Source: Ramazzottius varieornatus (taxonomy: Eukaryota; Animalia; Tardigrada). Taken from it: a stretch of DNA of 64,000 bases. Under the pieces are notes generated by a model. The model saw nothing but the letters and a program-made list of their open reading frames with translations. It ran no database searches and was not told the DNA's origin. The translations under genes and the position numbers were made by a program. The DNA lies in the NCBI GenBank assembly GCA_001949185.1, contig BDGG01000006.1:2028827-2092826 (forward strand), written 5' to 3'. This document shows, piece by piece, positions 1 to 15,006 of the stretch. The stretch's first letter is position 1. Each line of letters opens with the position of its first letter.

Positions 1-191
1 AAAAGGTCCACCGAGGAAAAAAGTACTGGCTTGTTGGTGTTTCGCAAGTCTAATGTCGTTCGAGCCTCAAACGAAGTTCAACTGGAACATAACTTGCTCC
101 TTCTCGCCAGAACTTACTTTTCCACTTGTCTCCTATAAATCGGTAGTATCCAGTTCTGGCATCGCGGATTCTTCAGTACGTGGTAAGATAG

Positions 192-916
192 ATGGCTGTC
201 GGCTTTTCTGGCTTATGCGCTACCGGGATCTGCGTGGCCTTGATCCTTGCTGGTAACGCATTCTCAAGGAGCGCGCATGACAATTCTCGCCAAAGGAGTA
301 CGGCGCATTTAGCCTTTAGCTTGCTTGCCGATGAGCTGAAAGAATGTAGAACCGACACGGACTGCGTCGGTGTTGTCCATCCCCGCGTAGGACCCATGAC
401 CAAGTGTATCGCGACGAAAGTTTGTTTTCCTCCGGACTCGGCGGACAACCGTGATCTACCACGTGAGTAGTTTTTTGTCATCCCCCAAATCAGTGCGAAC
501 TTTCAACCTTTTTTAAACGAATTCATCCTTTCACCGCAGCTGGTTCCTGCTCAAGCCATCAGGACTGCGGCGCATACTTTATGTGTCTGCGGACCCAGTG
601 CTTGTTCATTGGACCGAAAGGCTGCTCCACGGAAGCAGACTGTCCGCAGGGCTCCCCGCTGTTATTCGAGTGCGCAGAACGGTCCGGTTTGCCCGGAACG
701 AAGTGCTACATCAGTAAGTCTTAAACATGTTTCTTTCGTTCAGATCGAAATCATAAAATTATCGGAGGGAGCGACCACGAGATTATTTGTGATTGAATCG
801 CAGAATGCTCCACCGACGATGACTGCTACTTGTGCGATGGAACAATGTGCCATCACGCTTATGAGGAAACCGTCCAGCATTATGGCTGTTGTCAGGTACA
901 TGGTTATCAATCTTAA
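192..916 (+). CDS. Secreted cysteine-rich protein (~185 aa, 3 exons: 192-462, 540-713, 804-916) with four C-x2-[D/H/E]-x-D-C modules
   Basis: Hydrophobic N-terminus (MAVGFSGLCATGICVALILAG). GT-AG splicing gives a continuous frame with CRTDTDC, CSSHQDC, CSTEADC and CSTDDDC repeats ending at TAA 914-916. Confidence 0.7.
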
Positions 917-926
917 GACGTCTATA

Positions 927-1235
927 GCAACCGAATCTGTGATGGTGGGATGTGTGACGTATCACACTTTCGGCCAACCGAAAGTATGGTGAGCCGGGCG
1001 AATCAAAAGTCCACAGTACTTTTACCGCGGGTGCANNNNNNNNNNNNNNNNNNNNNNNNNNNNNNNNNNNNNNNNNNNNNNNNNNCCGCGGTAAAAGTAC
1101 TGTGGACTTTTAGTTCGCCCGGCCCACCATACAGTACTGTCGGTTGGCCGGAAGTGTGATGCTCACACATCACAGCTCTGACCGTGTATATGTGTACCGA
1201 AAGTGTGATGCATCACACATCACACATTCGGTTGC
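927..1235. repeat. Imperfect palindromic repeat (old MITE-like) interrupted by a younger IS3EU-type MITE
   Basis: GATGTGTGACGTATCACACTTTCGGCCAACCGA (949-981) is mirrored by TCGGTTGGCCGGAAGTGTGATGCTCACACATC (1140-1171). GCAACCGAAT (927-936) is mirrored by ATTCGGTTGC (1226-1235). Confidence 0.6.
985..1131. mobile_element. IS3EU-type MITE spanning an assembly gap
   Basis: TIRs TATGGTGAGCCGGGCGAATCAAAAGTCCACAGTACTTTTACCGCG / CCGCGGTAAAAGTACTGTGGACTTTTAGTTCGCCCGGCCCACCATA, same family as 40043-40257. No clean TSD, and the interior is Ns. Confidence 0.8.
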
Positions 1236-1281
1236 CACAGGTGTCCTCTTTACGTCCTGACGGAAATAGAAAGACGAACTT

Positions 1282-2763
1282 TCAAAAGTTTCTTCCATCT
1301 CCAGGGCTTTTGTCAGAAGAAGAGGGCGTGCAGAAGACTGACGAGACTTCCGTACACATGAAAAGACGGAAATGCCTCTTTGTGTACTTGGGAAGATTCG
1401 AAGGCAAAGAACTACCCATCCATTCTGCATCCCACTGTTTGCTGAGCTTCTCTATGGACCCACTGGACTTTTTTCCTATCATGTAACACTAGCAGTGAAA
1501 ATGGGTGCACGGACTATCAGCCATACCGCAACTCTGCACTTCAATTAATGCCATACATTGAATTTATTTTTATTGTTCTACAACGAGATAGTGATGTGAA
1601 CCATACTTTCGTGCAATAAAAAAAGAGATACCACTGAGTAAAATAATTGGGATGATACAAAATAGTAAAACAAAGAACCAGTCTCTGGCTTTACAGAAAG
1701 AAGCCACTTCCACCAGTTCAGCCACTTCCTGGTTGCTGTTTCCCACTCGTAGTATTAGCGCTTGATCGAAGGCAAAGTCCAGCGTGAACAAACATTGATC
1801 TTGTTGCACGCATTCTGTCAGGACATTAACCCTCCCCGCCAAGTATGTTAGCTTATGACTAACCACTTCCATCAGATTCTTTCCGTTGTTCACCATGTTT
1901 GAACTGGATAACACGATGTACAGATCGGTGGGTGCGGTTGCAAGGAAGGGAATCCTTTGCCAGCCTTTGTGGATCACTGCTTCGTCAATGTCCTCTCCTG
2001 TTATCAACCACCTGCATACAAAAATCCATCATGCTGTCAAACTCAGTCAGGAGGTCGAACGGAAAGATTGGAAATCGGCACGTCGACAAACGAGTTCACC
2101 CTGATCGTCATCTGAAGAGGCGCGCGTTCTCACTACTTTTTTGACTGAACGCGCACGCCGCTTTTGAAAACAATCTGAAAGAATCCAGTTTCCGACGTCT
2201 GAATTTTCATTAGGAAAGCTCTACCTGCATGGAATTTTTGCTGGCGGGATGCAGTAAGTCAGAATCGACTTTCCACAAACAGGATCATTTTCTCGCGGGT
2301 TCGCTGGACATGGAACACCCCTTTCGAGATCGAATTTCAGTTGCAGAAACAGTTCGTGGCTCGTCACAAGGTATAAAAACATTCCCTTCTCGCTGCAGAC
2401 GCGGATGTCCAAAGACTCTTTAGCGTACAGCCGATATTTTCGAAAGTCGTAATATTTGTCCACTAACGAAGCATCAATGTGGTCAATGTTCGACTGCGGG
2501 TTTCGGAGTTGCTTCCAGTCGTAAACCCGGATAGTCTTGGCTGTGATGGGACTGCTTGATTGAAGTAAGATCCGTTCGCAGAATAAACCTTGCTTTTTGC
2601 CAGTCATCAACAGAACTTCCTCGCCAGGTTGATAGCGGTTCCTGTGCCATCCAAAAACGGTCAAGCGTATTCCGAGACCCAAAAAGACGCAGAGTAATCC
2701 TCCGAAGACCCACAGAAGTATCAGAATGCACCTCACATTGCGTCGTTTAGGAAGAGTTTTCAT
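1282..2763 (-). CDS. Two-TM membrane protein resembling the APD1-4 N/middle-domain family (no RING seen); ~3 exons, 3' end uncertain
   Basis: N-terminal TM (CILILLWVFGGLLCVFLGLGI), then LFCERI, a luminal domain, Cys motif ECVQQDQCLFTLDF and SFCKARDW followed by a second TM. Intron 2012-2224 is GT-AG. Family call is from recalled motif similarity only. Confidence 0.5.
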
Positions 2764-3246
2764 GTCTTCTTCGTAGAATCGAGATACGACGGTTGTCCAA
2801 CTATTTTTTCAACAATGTTTCTGCGATAGTCAAATTCAACTGCATCCACCTGTGTTCATGCTGGAAATTATCGCACACCTCAGGTCCACACATGGCTTAT
2901 CAGCGCACAAGCGAAGTAAAGTCAACAGCGATAACCCTACCGTATACGTAGTCTATCTATGGAGAATCGAGAACCCTACCTGTACCGGCCCAGGGTCTCT
3001 CACCAAGCTTTTGGAGCGCACAAGTAGTGCACTTGCCCTTCGTCAGTCCCAACTACCTTCCGGGGCCTCATTCAGACACCGAATTTATTCGGGCGAGTCA
3101 GTACAAAAATAAGCTTTCTAACTTCGCCGTAACGTTTTCGACCAAAGAGAAACTTAACCAGTAAAAATGACACAGGTAGATGAGAGAGAAAACACCACAA
3201 CCTTCTCAGGGCAGTCAGCATTGTACGCAACTTTAAGTCAGAAATC

Positions 3247-5379
<2,133 letters not shown>

Positions 5380-6016
5380 TCGTCGCGGGGAAGTTTCCGT
5401 CACAGAAATCCCCGTACGAACTTGAGTCACGGGACTACCTACACAGAAATCTGAGATTCAGGCTTTGGAGCAGTACACATGCGTAGGGCAAAAAGGCAAA
5501 AACTTTTCGGAAACAGTGCTGCAGCACTGCTCACACTGGTTGGCGATTGATTTCGTCGGATTTGATTGAGCGGTTCAGAAAAGCAGGAAATTTTCGATAG
5601 CTTACCGTCACCAATTTTGGACGCTTCCACAGATCCATCTCGACGGTCCTCCATCTCCGATCCGCAAAGCCCTCCACACGCACAATATTGACAAGTAACC
5701 CCGGGAAGAATTGCACAAATCAACGAAGCTTGGACATAAAATCTGACAGTGCCACAAGACACAGTCACACTAACAGCCCGACAACAACTGGACGAAAAAG
5801 TCACGAAACTGACCCAGTGCGCGAATGCTGCCGCTACTGCGTTGAGCGCGTAGATCGTTTCTTCCCTGCCCCATAGCGCACATCATCGTTTCATCCCTTA
5901 GCTTGATTCTTGATTCCCGCCTGTTGATGCACCGCCCAGCTTCGCTACATCGGATCCATTGTTCCGTGATCCTGGTAAGTGTGATATCTTGATTATCTTC
6001 CAGATTATCTTGTACG

Positions 6017-6636
6017 TGGTGCTGGCAACGACACAGTATACCGATATCGTATCGAAATATATCGAATCTTTGAGATAAAATATGCGGCAGATATCGTATC
6101 GAAAATATCGATATGAGGCTCACAGCGAATAATGCAATAAGATATTCGGCGATATCGTATCGCGGCATATCGATATGTTTTCGATGCATCGTTATTTTGC
6201 TGAAAGGCAAACTCGCCAGTGATATCTCGTTTACGGAAGACCATGTTTGATTTCAACGACTTGATTTTGGCCATGGTGTACCGAGCACACTCCGCCCATT
6301 CGGTTCTGGTATTAATTCTGTCCAGGTTTCCTTGTGTTTGAAGTCTTGGCATAAACATGTCCTTGCTGCATCCGACGCTATCGACTTACAAATACTTCAT
6401 GTGGAAATCGGCTTCCTGAGTTTTTGGGCTCGAACCAGTTGAATTCCGGATAACTAAAATTCCAAAAATATCAATGTATCGCTGCGATATCATACGATAT
6501 GTCGAAAATACGGTAACGGAAAAATGTCGTATCGATACATCGCTATCGAATGAATATCGGAGACCGCGATAAAATATCTGCCGATATTGTGTCGAAAAAT
6601 ATCGTATCGAATTTTATCGTATTTTTGCCAGCACTA
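6017..6636. mobile_element. Non-autonomous hAT-type element (620 bp) with 8-bp TSD
   Basis: TIR TGGTGCTGGCAA / TTGCCAGCACTA. Perfect TSD CTTGTACG at 6009-6016 and 6637-6644. Subterminal regions are packed with ATATCG/CGATAT/ATCGAT motifs. Confidence 0.9.
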
Positions 6637-6898
6637 CTTGTACGCTTGGACCATGATTCATACTGTGAGTTGCAGATTAGGATCCATCATGGTGTGCGAT
6701 TGTCGCTTTGGAAGCGGATCTCGTTTTTTTACAAGTCGACGGAAGGAACCATCGATATGGCCGCTCGGTCCTGGGGTCCATCATGAAGACGATCATCAGC
6801 TATCCCGAGCCGATTTCATATGTGATTGATCTCATCTTCCCTAAACTTTCGTGTTTGAAAGCTCGTAGTGGAAGTTGCAGTTCGAAAGAAGTCAGGTG

Positions 6899-7026
6899 CC
6901 GCGCATCCACGCGCGGATAAAGTCGATTAAACCGCGCATCCATGCGCGGAAAAGCTCAGATAGTTTCTCCTCGCGTACACCTGCGATGAAAGTACTGTGG
7001 ACTTCTGAGTCGCGCGGCTCACCATA
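6899..7026. mobile_element. Solo right end of an IS3EU-type element
   Basis: ...GAAAGTACTGTGGACTTCTGAGTCGCGCGGCTCACCATA plus CCGCGCATCC/CGCGGATAAAGTC subterminal repeats matching 60480-60613. Confidence 0.75.
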
Positions 7027-7335
7027 CTCAATATTTGACAGGCCGGCTCTCGCTTGATGCCTGACTGTGGAGTCACTGGAGTGAACAATGAAAAATGCGC
7101 AAGCCTAAATCAACTGTTGCATTCTGCCCAGTGACCAGCTCAATTCGACCGTCGAATAATTCTTGTTTCGCTCAGTCGCTTGGATCATGTAATCCCAGTT
7201 TTAACAACAAATTGAGGTCTCCCGAATCTTACCGTATTTGTAAACTAGTATTTCTTTCTAGTTTCAGATTCTGTCCAGGGTGATCGGTCGTCCCATCAAG
7301 CCGAACTCGCTTCTCCAGAAGACTCACGTACAGAG

Positions 7336-8505
7336 ATGGCCGCCCAATCGAAGATGGAGACGACGATCAGCTTTCCTGAAGGAAGTTCCTGCGTGATCAA
7401 CGCTACAATCCGCAACTTTCCGTCCCACAAGGGCAAAGCTGTGTCCATCTCGTCAGAAGAGGTTGTCGTGTGCCAGTCTTCGTGGTATGCCTTGGTTTAT
7501 CCGTCAGAAAAGGCTCCGCGTAGAGACGACGTCGATTGCCTTGCAATCTACATGTGTCAGAAAGGGGATAAGGAATTCGAACAGGAGTACAGAGTAAAGA
7601 CTTCATTCGGGTACGACAATATTAATTTTGTCTCACAAACAGATGGATCTGTAGGATATGGTTGACCTGGCGCTTTGCATCAAGCGTAAGGTTGAAAAGA
7701 GATCCCGCTGCGTCGCTGATGAATAATGTCGCTCGTTTTTTCAGCGTTGTGGATTCGGGAACTGGCCGTACTGACAAACCATTTACAATACTGAGTCTAA
7801 TGTTTGGGGCTTCCGTCCGTTCATCAAACACTACGAAATCTGGGGACCAAAACCATCATTGGTTCTCTTGAACGACACTCTGGAACTTCGGGTTAGTGTT
7901 CAGTGCGTTCCAGTGCCCAATGATACTGAAAGTGGGTTCCTGATGGTGGCCGAGTCTTTGCAAGCGAAGAATACGGCCATCTCTAGCTCGGACGCTGGTC
8001 GGGATTTCGTGTTGGTGTATTCGGAGGGAGCAGAAATTCCCGTGCATAAGGTCTTTTCTGATTTCCGGCTTCGCCAGTCTTTTGCTGAATGCTTGAGTTG
8101 AACCTCGGGAGATGTAAGACCGGACGCTGTCTGATATCTGACGTCTCTGCTGGCACTTTGGACGCAGTCTTGATGTTGTTGTACTTTGGATGTGTAAAGT
8201 ATCCGAGCGAACTGGCGGGAGACTTGTTGGTCGCGGCGAACAAATACGATCTTCTCTTCTTGAAGCAGCATTGTGAGAACACGTTGATCGCGGACATTGG
8301 ACTGGTTAATGTGGCGGATCTACTGTGCTTGGCTGACAGTATTGATGCTAAAGACCTAAAGAAGGCAACCTTGGACTACTTGGCGGCGAACTCTGCTCAA
8401 GCCCTGACTTTCGGAAAGATCGATGGTATTCTAAAGAACGGCAACTTGAATCTGATCAAAGAAGTCTTCGCTGCGGCTCTCAAAGTAGATTTAACTGAGA
8501 AGTGA
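7336..8505 (+). pseudogene. MATH-BTB-BACK (SPOP/roadkill-like) gene with frameshifts and an internal stop
   Basis: MATH motifs WYALVYP, CLAIYM and VWGFRPFI. BTB motifs DFVLV..EIPVHK, SPVF and LLVAANKYDLLFLKQHCE. BACK-like LCLADSIDAKDLKKATLDYL. Frameshifts near 7780 and 8060, and a TGA before MLELNL. Confidence 0.8.
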
Positions 8506-9631
8506 AATCAAATCTCGCCACTGTTCTTCAAGGATTCTTCGATTACTTCAGCCATGTCAACCCTCTTTGGTTTATGAAAATGGTTTTCTACTACAGTATA
8601 CGAACTCTACAGTAGATGTGCTGAAATTTTAGCTAGAAATGTCCTGTATCTGTCCCTAAAAACCTACATCTGACAGTCAGTCTACTATACAGTACCTTAT
8701 TAAGTCTTACTTGAATTACAACACCCCGGAGATTATAGGAAAGACCTGGAATTTCTTGGCGACGTAAGATGGGTCCAGGACGAAACCGCCAGCTTGGTTC
8801 TTCGACCGAAGTGATGGCGCAGTTGCTACGCCACAGCAACTTTAGGTACACGCGGTTAGCCTAATTATTGGCCTGGACAAAATTTCTGGCCACTGATTTC
8901 CGAATCAGCGGATCCGCAAGCTGTAACCGCTTGCGGCTGAAAGAGAACTGGCTTTCACCACTCATTACCGCTTTACCTACACGAAGTCACGAACAACCAA
9001 ACGTTTTGCAGAGATCTTCTCATCGTAGATCTGATTCCTTCTATATGCTTGGTTATGTTGTTGGGCAAATGCAGCTCTGATGGCCTTTACTTAGGCAATC
9101 CACCACCTTATCAAGGCTTGAACTGCGACCGCACGGACCAACTGAAGCCAACTGTCAGGCTATCCTCCGTATACTTTTGCTGTCTCTTGACCTTCCGGTA
9201 TATTCCAGGCTAACCTTGCTCAAGATGAGGGAAGAAGTACGAAATAAGAAACGAAATCTGGGATGACTGTATTCCGCATAGTGCACTTCGAAATTTTACT
9301 TGCTGACGTCACAGCGCTGCGACGACATTACAATCTCTGGCGGCGTTAATCTGCCGCTACCCCGTCCTGCCAGAAATTTTGTCCAGGCCGATAATTAGGC
9401 CAGCCGCGTGTACTGCAAAATCAGACAGTCTTTCACAGACAATGGAAGCAAGTTTGTGCGCCGATCCAACTAAGTCTCATGCGATGGTTTGTTGGCCGTA
9501 CTTTAGAGTTCATCGTCATGTTATTATAACTCGCCAGCAAAGCACAAAACTAGCTGGCCAGTCTATGCTTTTTAATTTGTACTCGAATTATAGCGCATAA
9601 TATTCGGCCCTTCTGGCAGAATCATGTCACA

Positions 9632-11036
9632 ATGGCAATGCGGAAGTCTGCACCATTTCCAGTCGGCTTACCATCCACCGACATGCTCTTCGGTATTAGA
9701 GTACGGAGATCGACGATTATTTGGCTTTTTTCCATCGTTGCTTGTAGCTTTATGTTCCTTGGACTGATCAAAACATGGACTTCCGTCACGCCCAAAGAAA
9801 GAACTATTCATATGATTTCAAGCAGTGCTAGAATCGTCGTGCACAAAACGAAGTTTGTGCGATTCGATGAGAAGCTGGAAAAGATCATCTTATTCTGGAC
9901 GCCATTCTTTGGTGGGAGCAACTCATACATGTCCGAAGAGGGAGATCGATTACGCCACAAGAAATGCCCGGAGTCCCATTGCGTTCTAAGCGAGAACCGG
10001 TCGTTGTGGAAAGAGAGTTCGGCCGTCATTTTTCATGCCGCGGATACTTCCATAGGAGACCTGCCACCTCAGCGACTTTCCCATCAGTACTACATTTTTT
10101 TCAACTTGGAATCTCCGGTACACTCGCATAGTCTGACCACACCGCACTTTTACAACCTGACTTTCACGTACCGCTTCGATTCAGACATCATTGCTGACAA
10201 CTACATCCAGTATTACAAGCCGAAATTATTATCCAGTAAAATAGAGCTGGACCGGATATGGGAACAGAAAACAAAAGGAGCTGTAGCGATGGTATCCAAC
10301 TGTGTAGACTTCCGGATGGAGTATATTGTACAGCTCGCTAAATACTTCCCGATTGATATATACGGAAGTTGTGGAAACCTTTCTTGCCCGAAAACGGAAA
10401 GGGAGAAATGCGAGAAAATGGTGGGCAGTTACAAGTTCTATATTTCGTTCGAAAACAGGTGGGTCCTGCACGCGTGTCGAAAACTTTCGGCCGACAAGCA
10501 GAAAAAGGCCATCTAAGGTGTTGTTCAAGGCGGCTTTATCTGAAAGTAAAGAGCTGGTTATTTATTACCGGGAAGATTTCGTACGAGTCGATCCTTGCCT
10601 GTTAAAAATGCGCTTTTTTCTCTTTACCAGCATTTGCAAGGACTACTTGACGGAGAAAGCCATCCGTGGATACATGGCCGATGTCATTCCCGTCTTTATG
10701 GGCGGCGCTCCCTATTCCTCCATTTTTCCTCCTGAATCTTTCCTGTCGGTGAACGATTTCCCATCACCCAAGGCTCTGGCCGAAAGAATGCATCAGATAT
10801 CAAGGAGCAGATCGGACTACCTAAAATACTTTTCGTTTCGGTTGGATCCCAAGAAGGTCCAGCTTCCTGAGTACTTACACCCTAATAAGTGCTCGCTGTG
10901 CAAACTTTGTGAAATTCTTAACGCTGAACCTCCTGTACAGAAAATTTATCCCGACATGACGAAATGGTGGAGCATTTCCACGCAATGCAGTCTCAAAGAC
11001 CAAGGTCTTGAAGAAAGACCACTGTTTGTGAAGTAA
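9632..11036 (+). CDS. Alpha-1,3/4-fucosyltransferase (GT10), type II Golgi membrane protein, 2 exons (9632-10458, 10631-11036)
   Basis: N-terminal TM, ILFWTPFF, AVIFH, FFNLESP, YNLTFTYRFDSDI, IDIYGSCG, and the spliced alpha-1,3 motif YKFYISFENS-ICKDYLTEK. Confidence 0.93.
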
Positions 11037-11309
11037 TTCTGTACTCTAGTTGTTTCGACAGTTCAAACAGGTAAAATAGTACCTTGAGCACAAGTAAAAT
11101 GACGCTGTGGTATTTTCGGATCGGCGCAATTGCGCGCAAAAAAAGTAACAATGATTGCTGCTTTAGCTACAGTAGAACCAACAACCATTCAGCAAGTGTA
11201 CTAGGCCTAGCCTGGTATTTGGAAAATGAAAGGACTGGATCACACACAGTAAAAACGAGCACGGAAGCCAACTACAAATTTTCAGAGTCTTTGGTACAGA
11301 GCATGTCAT

Positions 11310-14300
11310 TCAGAGTTTCTCCCCCACTTTATCTGCTTCTTCGGAATTCACAGGCAGAGTATTGTAGTAGTAGTTGTCGGGAAAGTTGTCCATGTGCAGA
11401 TAGTCAACGTCCACGGTCAGCAGCTGCTCCAACATCTTCTTCAGTTCAGAGAAGGTTGGACGGTCGACATCCCTTGCCGCCCAGCAGTAGTACATGATGT
11501 TATACAGTTCGCGCTCACAGTGAGGAGGTTTGGCCAGACGGAACTCTGCGTTGAGAACGCGCTTGGCCACTTCATGGGCACCGATGCCGGCGTACGGCGT
11601 GGACCCGAGAGTACAGATCTCCCACAGCAGGATACCGAAAGACCAAACGTCCGACTTGGAGGTGAAGGTACTGTCGTGCAGCGACTCGGGCGCCATCCAG
11701 CGAACAGGTAATCGGCAGGCGGAAACGCGGGTGTAGATGTGGCTGTCGATCACGTCACGAGCTAGGCCAAAATCGCTGACCTTACAGACCTTGTTCTCGT
11801 CCAGAAGGATGTTCCTTGCCGCCAAGTCTCGATGAAGAATCTGAAAAGAGACAAAATGAGACCATCTTCGAAAACATTCGAACGACAAAACACTTACTCC
11901 ACGTTTCGACAGGTAGTCCATTCCACTGGCTATTTGGTACCCGAACTGCGTAAGTTGCTTCGATGTTACAGCTTCCTTGTTATCTGCAGCGATATTGCCA
12001 TAATAATGGCTGTCTCGACTGTTGCGGAGATAGGACTGTAGTTTGCCGTGCTCCAGAAACTCCATTATCACGTAAATGGGATCTGAAATGAGTACCGGTC
12101 AACGGGAAATATTTCTAAAACTTGCTGTGTGGGTTTTGAGCTAGTAAACCACTTCAATGTACCTTCGAGAGTGCAGCAACCGAGAAGGGAAACAACGTTG
12201 GGATGGGCATCTTTGGCCAGCGACTTCATCACCTGCAGTTCGTTCAGCAGATCTTGCTTTGCTCGTTCGTCAGCGTTGGCTGCATGGAAAGGGAAACATG
12301 CGGTTATTTAGTTTGAAAGTTATGAAAGCACCAAAGGTATTCTCTTGAGGCTGACAATGGTAACATGTTTCAGTTGTTTACCTTTCAGTGTTTTGATGGC
12401 TACCACTGACATGGCACCTGATGGTTCGAGTGCTTCTGCTCGGAAAACCTGTCCGGAGCAACCTTCACCAATGAGACGTAGGGTTTCTGGAACTATGCTG
12501 TCGCGGGGAACTTCCCACATCTCGTCGGTCATGTCTGGTTGCAAGTATCCATCCGAAGAAGTCTGCAATAATCAAAGAGACACTTGTTTCACAAGTAAGC
12601 AACCAACAATTCACACCAATGAATTCAGCAGCAGGACTGCACAGATGACCATCGTGCAGAAAACAGGTCGTTACCAGTGCAGAATGAGAAACGACTCACC
12701 AGAAGGTTACTTGCAAAGCTGGCAGATGCTGATTTCCTCCGACCCAGATACCGGTTGTTCGATGGCGCAGCTTGCAGAAACTTTTTGAGAGGTGGACCAG
12801 GATATTCCGCCGAGAAATCCGTCACAGAACCCTAGGAGACATCGAAATTAAAAGTAGTGTTCGACTATCATGTTTCGTAGCAGTCTACTGCTTTTACTGG
12901 AGACGTGTGTTTGTACCTTGCAGATGCTTTTCGTTGTGTCGGCTGATGGCGACTTTTCGATTCGGATCTTTTCCTGTCCCAGCGCCCGCTGATAGTTCCG
13001 TCTTCTGCAGTAGCAAATGGCGAGCGGAACCAGCAACACGATAGCGGCGGGAATGGCGAGGAAGGCAAGGTAGTTCTTCGAGTCGCTGGGTGGCGGCACC
13101 GGCTCTGATCTCCCCGGATGCTCGGTTGTAAAAATGGTCGACGAAGGTTCGTCAGACGCTGTTGCAATGGACGACACAGGTTCTTGAGACGTGCCGAACG
13201 TAAAGGCAGTAGTTCGAACTTTGGGCGGTCTGGGACGAGCTGTCGGTGGAGAGAAGTTCGGCGGGAAGAACCCTCCGCCTGGTAAGTTTCCTGGCCAGTT
13301 CCCCGGCTGTTCTGCCACACCTATCTCGCCATCTTTACTGACGACAACTCTAATTTCACTTCTCGCCTGCAAAAAAACCTTTGAACTATGATAAAAAATT
13401 CATGTTTTTGCTCTGTTCCGCGAAATTAAATAATACTTCGTAGTTCACGTAAACAGTTCATGGATTTTGTACTTGTGAGTGGTGAAAATTTTTGCGACTG
13501 CTTGTCAACATCATGCCAACCGACTTACCGTAAGTTCGCCATCTGTGACTCCAGGGATCACAGTGAAGCTCCGATGCTTCTGTAAAATGAATGGGATGTA
13601 CGTAGGTATCAATAGTGAAACAACCAAGCGAAAGTAAAGTGAAAGCGGATTTTCGTGAACTGTGTAAGTTTTGTTTCTCTGATGACTCTGAGAATTAATT
13701 GTTTTGCAAAACTCGTCTTCGTTCGTTCACGATTTGCTTATTGATATTTGAGTCCAGTGATGCGAGAAAGTCGGCACGGTGTGATGGATTCAAATTTATG
13801 GTACGTTGGCGAAAGAGCTAGTCTAGCTTGTCTTCTTCATGCTGACAGGTATGCGCTAACAGAACCCGGATGTAAACGCCGAATGACTGTATGTGCCACT
13901 TTACTAACACTTTCTTTCTCGTCTTGCTCGCTTCGTCTCGTCGACTTTTAACAAAACTTTACACTCTGCGTCTTCTCTGGCAACACACAAGACACAAACG
14001 GGTTCTCAGGCGGATTGAGGTTGACCATCCCAAATACTTTAGGCAAAAACTTTCATTCGATGCATGCGTAACAGTTTTCATCTTCGCCATAAAGTTCTCT
14101 GTTGTGTTGGCAGAGAGCCTTTCAGACACTAAATATTTGATACGGCGAGGTAAGATGCGAAAGAAGGTCAGAGCAATCGCAACGAGTTCGCGGGAACCGG
14201 TTTGTCGAATCGGGCTCGCTCAAGCGAAGAGTGCTCAAGTACGATCACAAGATGCCACTCTGAGAAAGCAGTCATGCAGCCTCTTCCTGCTCCATGAATG

Positions 14301-15006
14301 GAGTCAAATTAGAACATTCCAGTAAAATTTTCAAATAGTCTTTTGCAACACGAGTGTGATATTCAAAAACTGCTCGTGTGAATATTGTATGATAAATTTG
14401 GTAGTTTGAGGAAATATATTTCACCTGCATATCCAGAGGCTTCTTTAGTGTAACGATCCCAGTATGATTATCCAGCGAAAAGTAATCCGTAGAAGGGTCC
14501 ACTGGGTCGAGAGTGTAGACGTAACTAACACCAGGTGGAGTTGGTCCTGATGTCTGGAGAGTATAGATGCGAGAACTGACGGCAGTCGAGACAGGAAGGG
14601 ACCAGAGTGGAGGACTCGGAAGTTTGAGCATCGGTGGGACGTTCATCCGTCGACCTTCCCTTCCTCCTTTGGAACCCGCGTCCTCAACATCGAGATCTGC
14701 AATTACCAAAATAATTTCAACTGTTTACGGAGCTTTAACGGACAATCGATAACTTGAGGTCGTGGTAGTCAAGAAGATACTTTACAAACCTTGGTTGAAG
14801 ATCCGTGGTTGGAGCTTCTGTGAGTCGAGGCTCGCTGAAAGACCATCTGCAACATCAACAAAATATGTAAATTGAATCGACGAGCAGAGAGAGGGAGAGA
14901 AAGAAAGAGATATTCAGGTTACGTCAGAGCCACATAAGTTGAATTTACCTGAGAAACGAAGGACCAAGCTGAAAAATATCAGCAACGTTCCACCTTTGAA
15001 ATCCAT
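11310..15006 (-). CDS. Cad96Ca: Receptor tyrosine kinase Cad96Ca/Stitcher-like (signal peptide, one cadherin domain, TM, RET-like kinase), multi-exon
   Basis: Signal MDFKGGTLLIFFSLVLRFS. Cadherin NVPPML...YFSLDNHTGIVTLKKPLD. TM YLAFLAIPAAIVLLVPLAICY. Kinase motifs IGEGCSGQV, VAIKTLK, HRDLAARN, DFGLARD, LPVRWMAPE, SDVWSFG. C-terminal DYLHMDNFPDNYYYN...GEKL is typical of Cad96Ca. Confidence 0.88.

Noticed and set aside
5770-6829. ORFs rich in RYDI/ISI peptides
   Set aside because: They are translation artefacts of the hAT MITE's ATATCG repeats.
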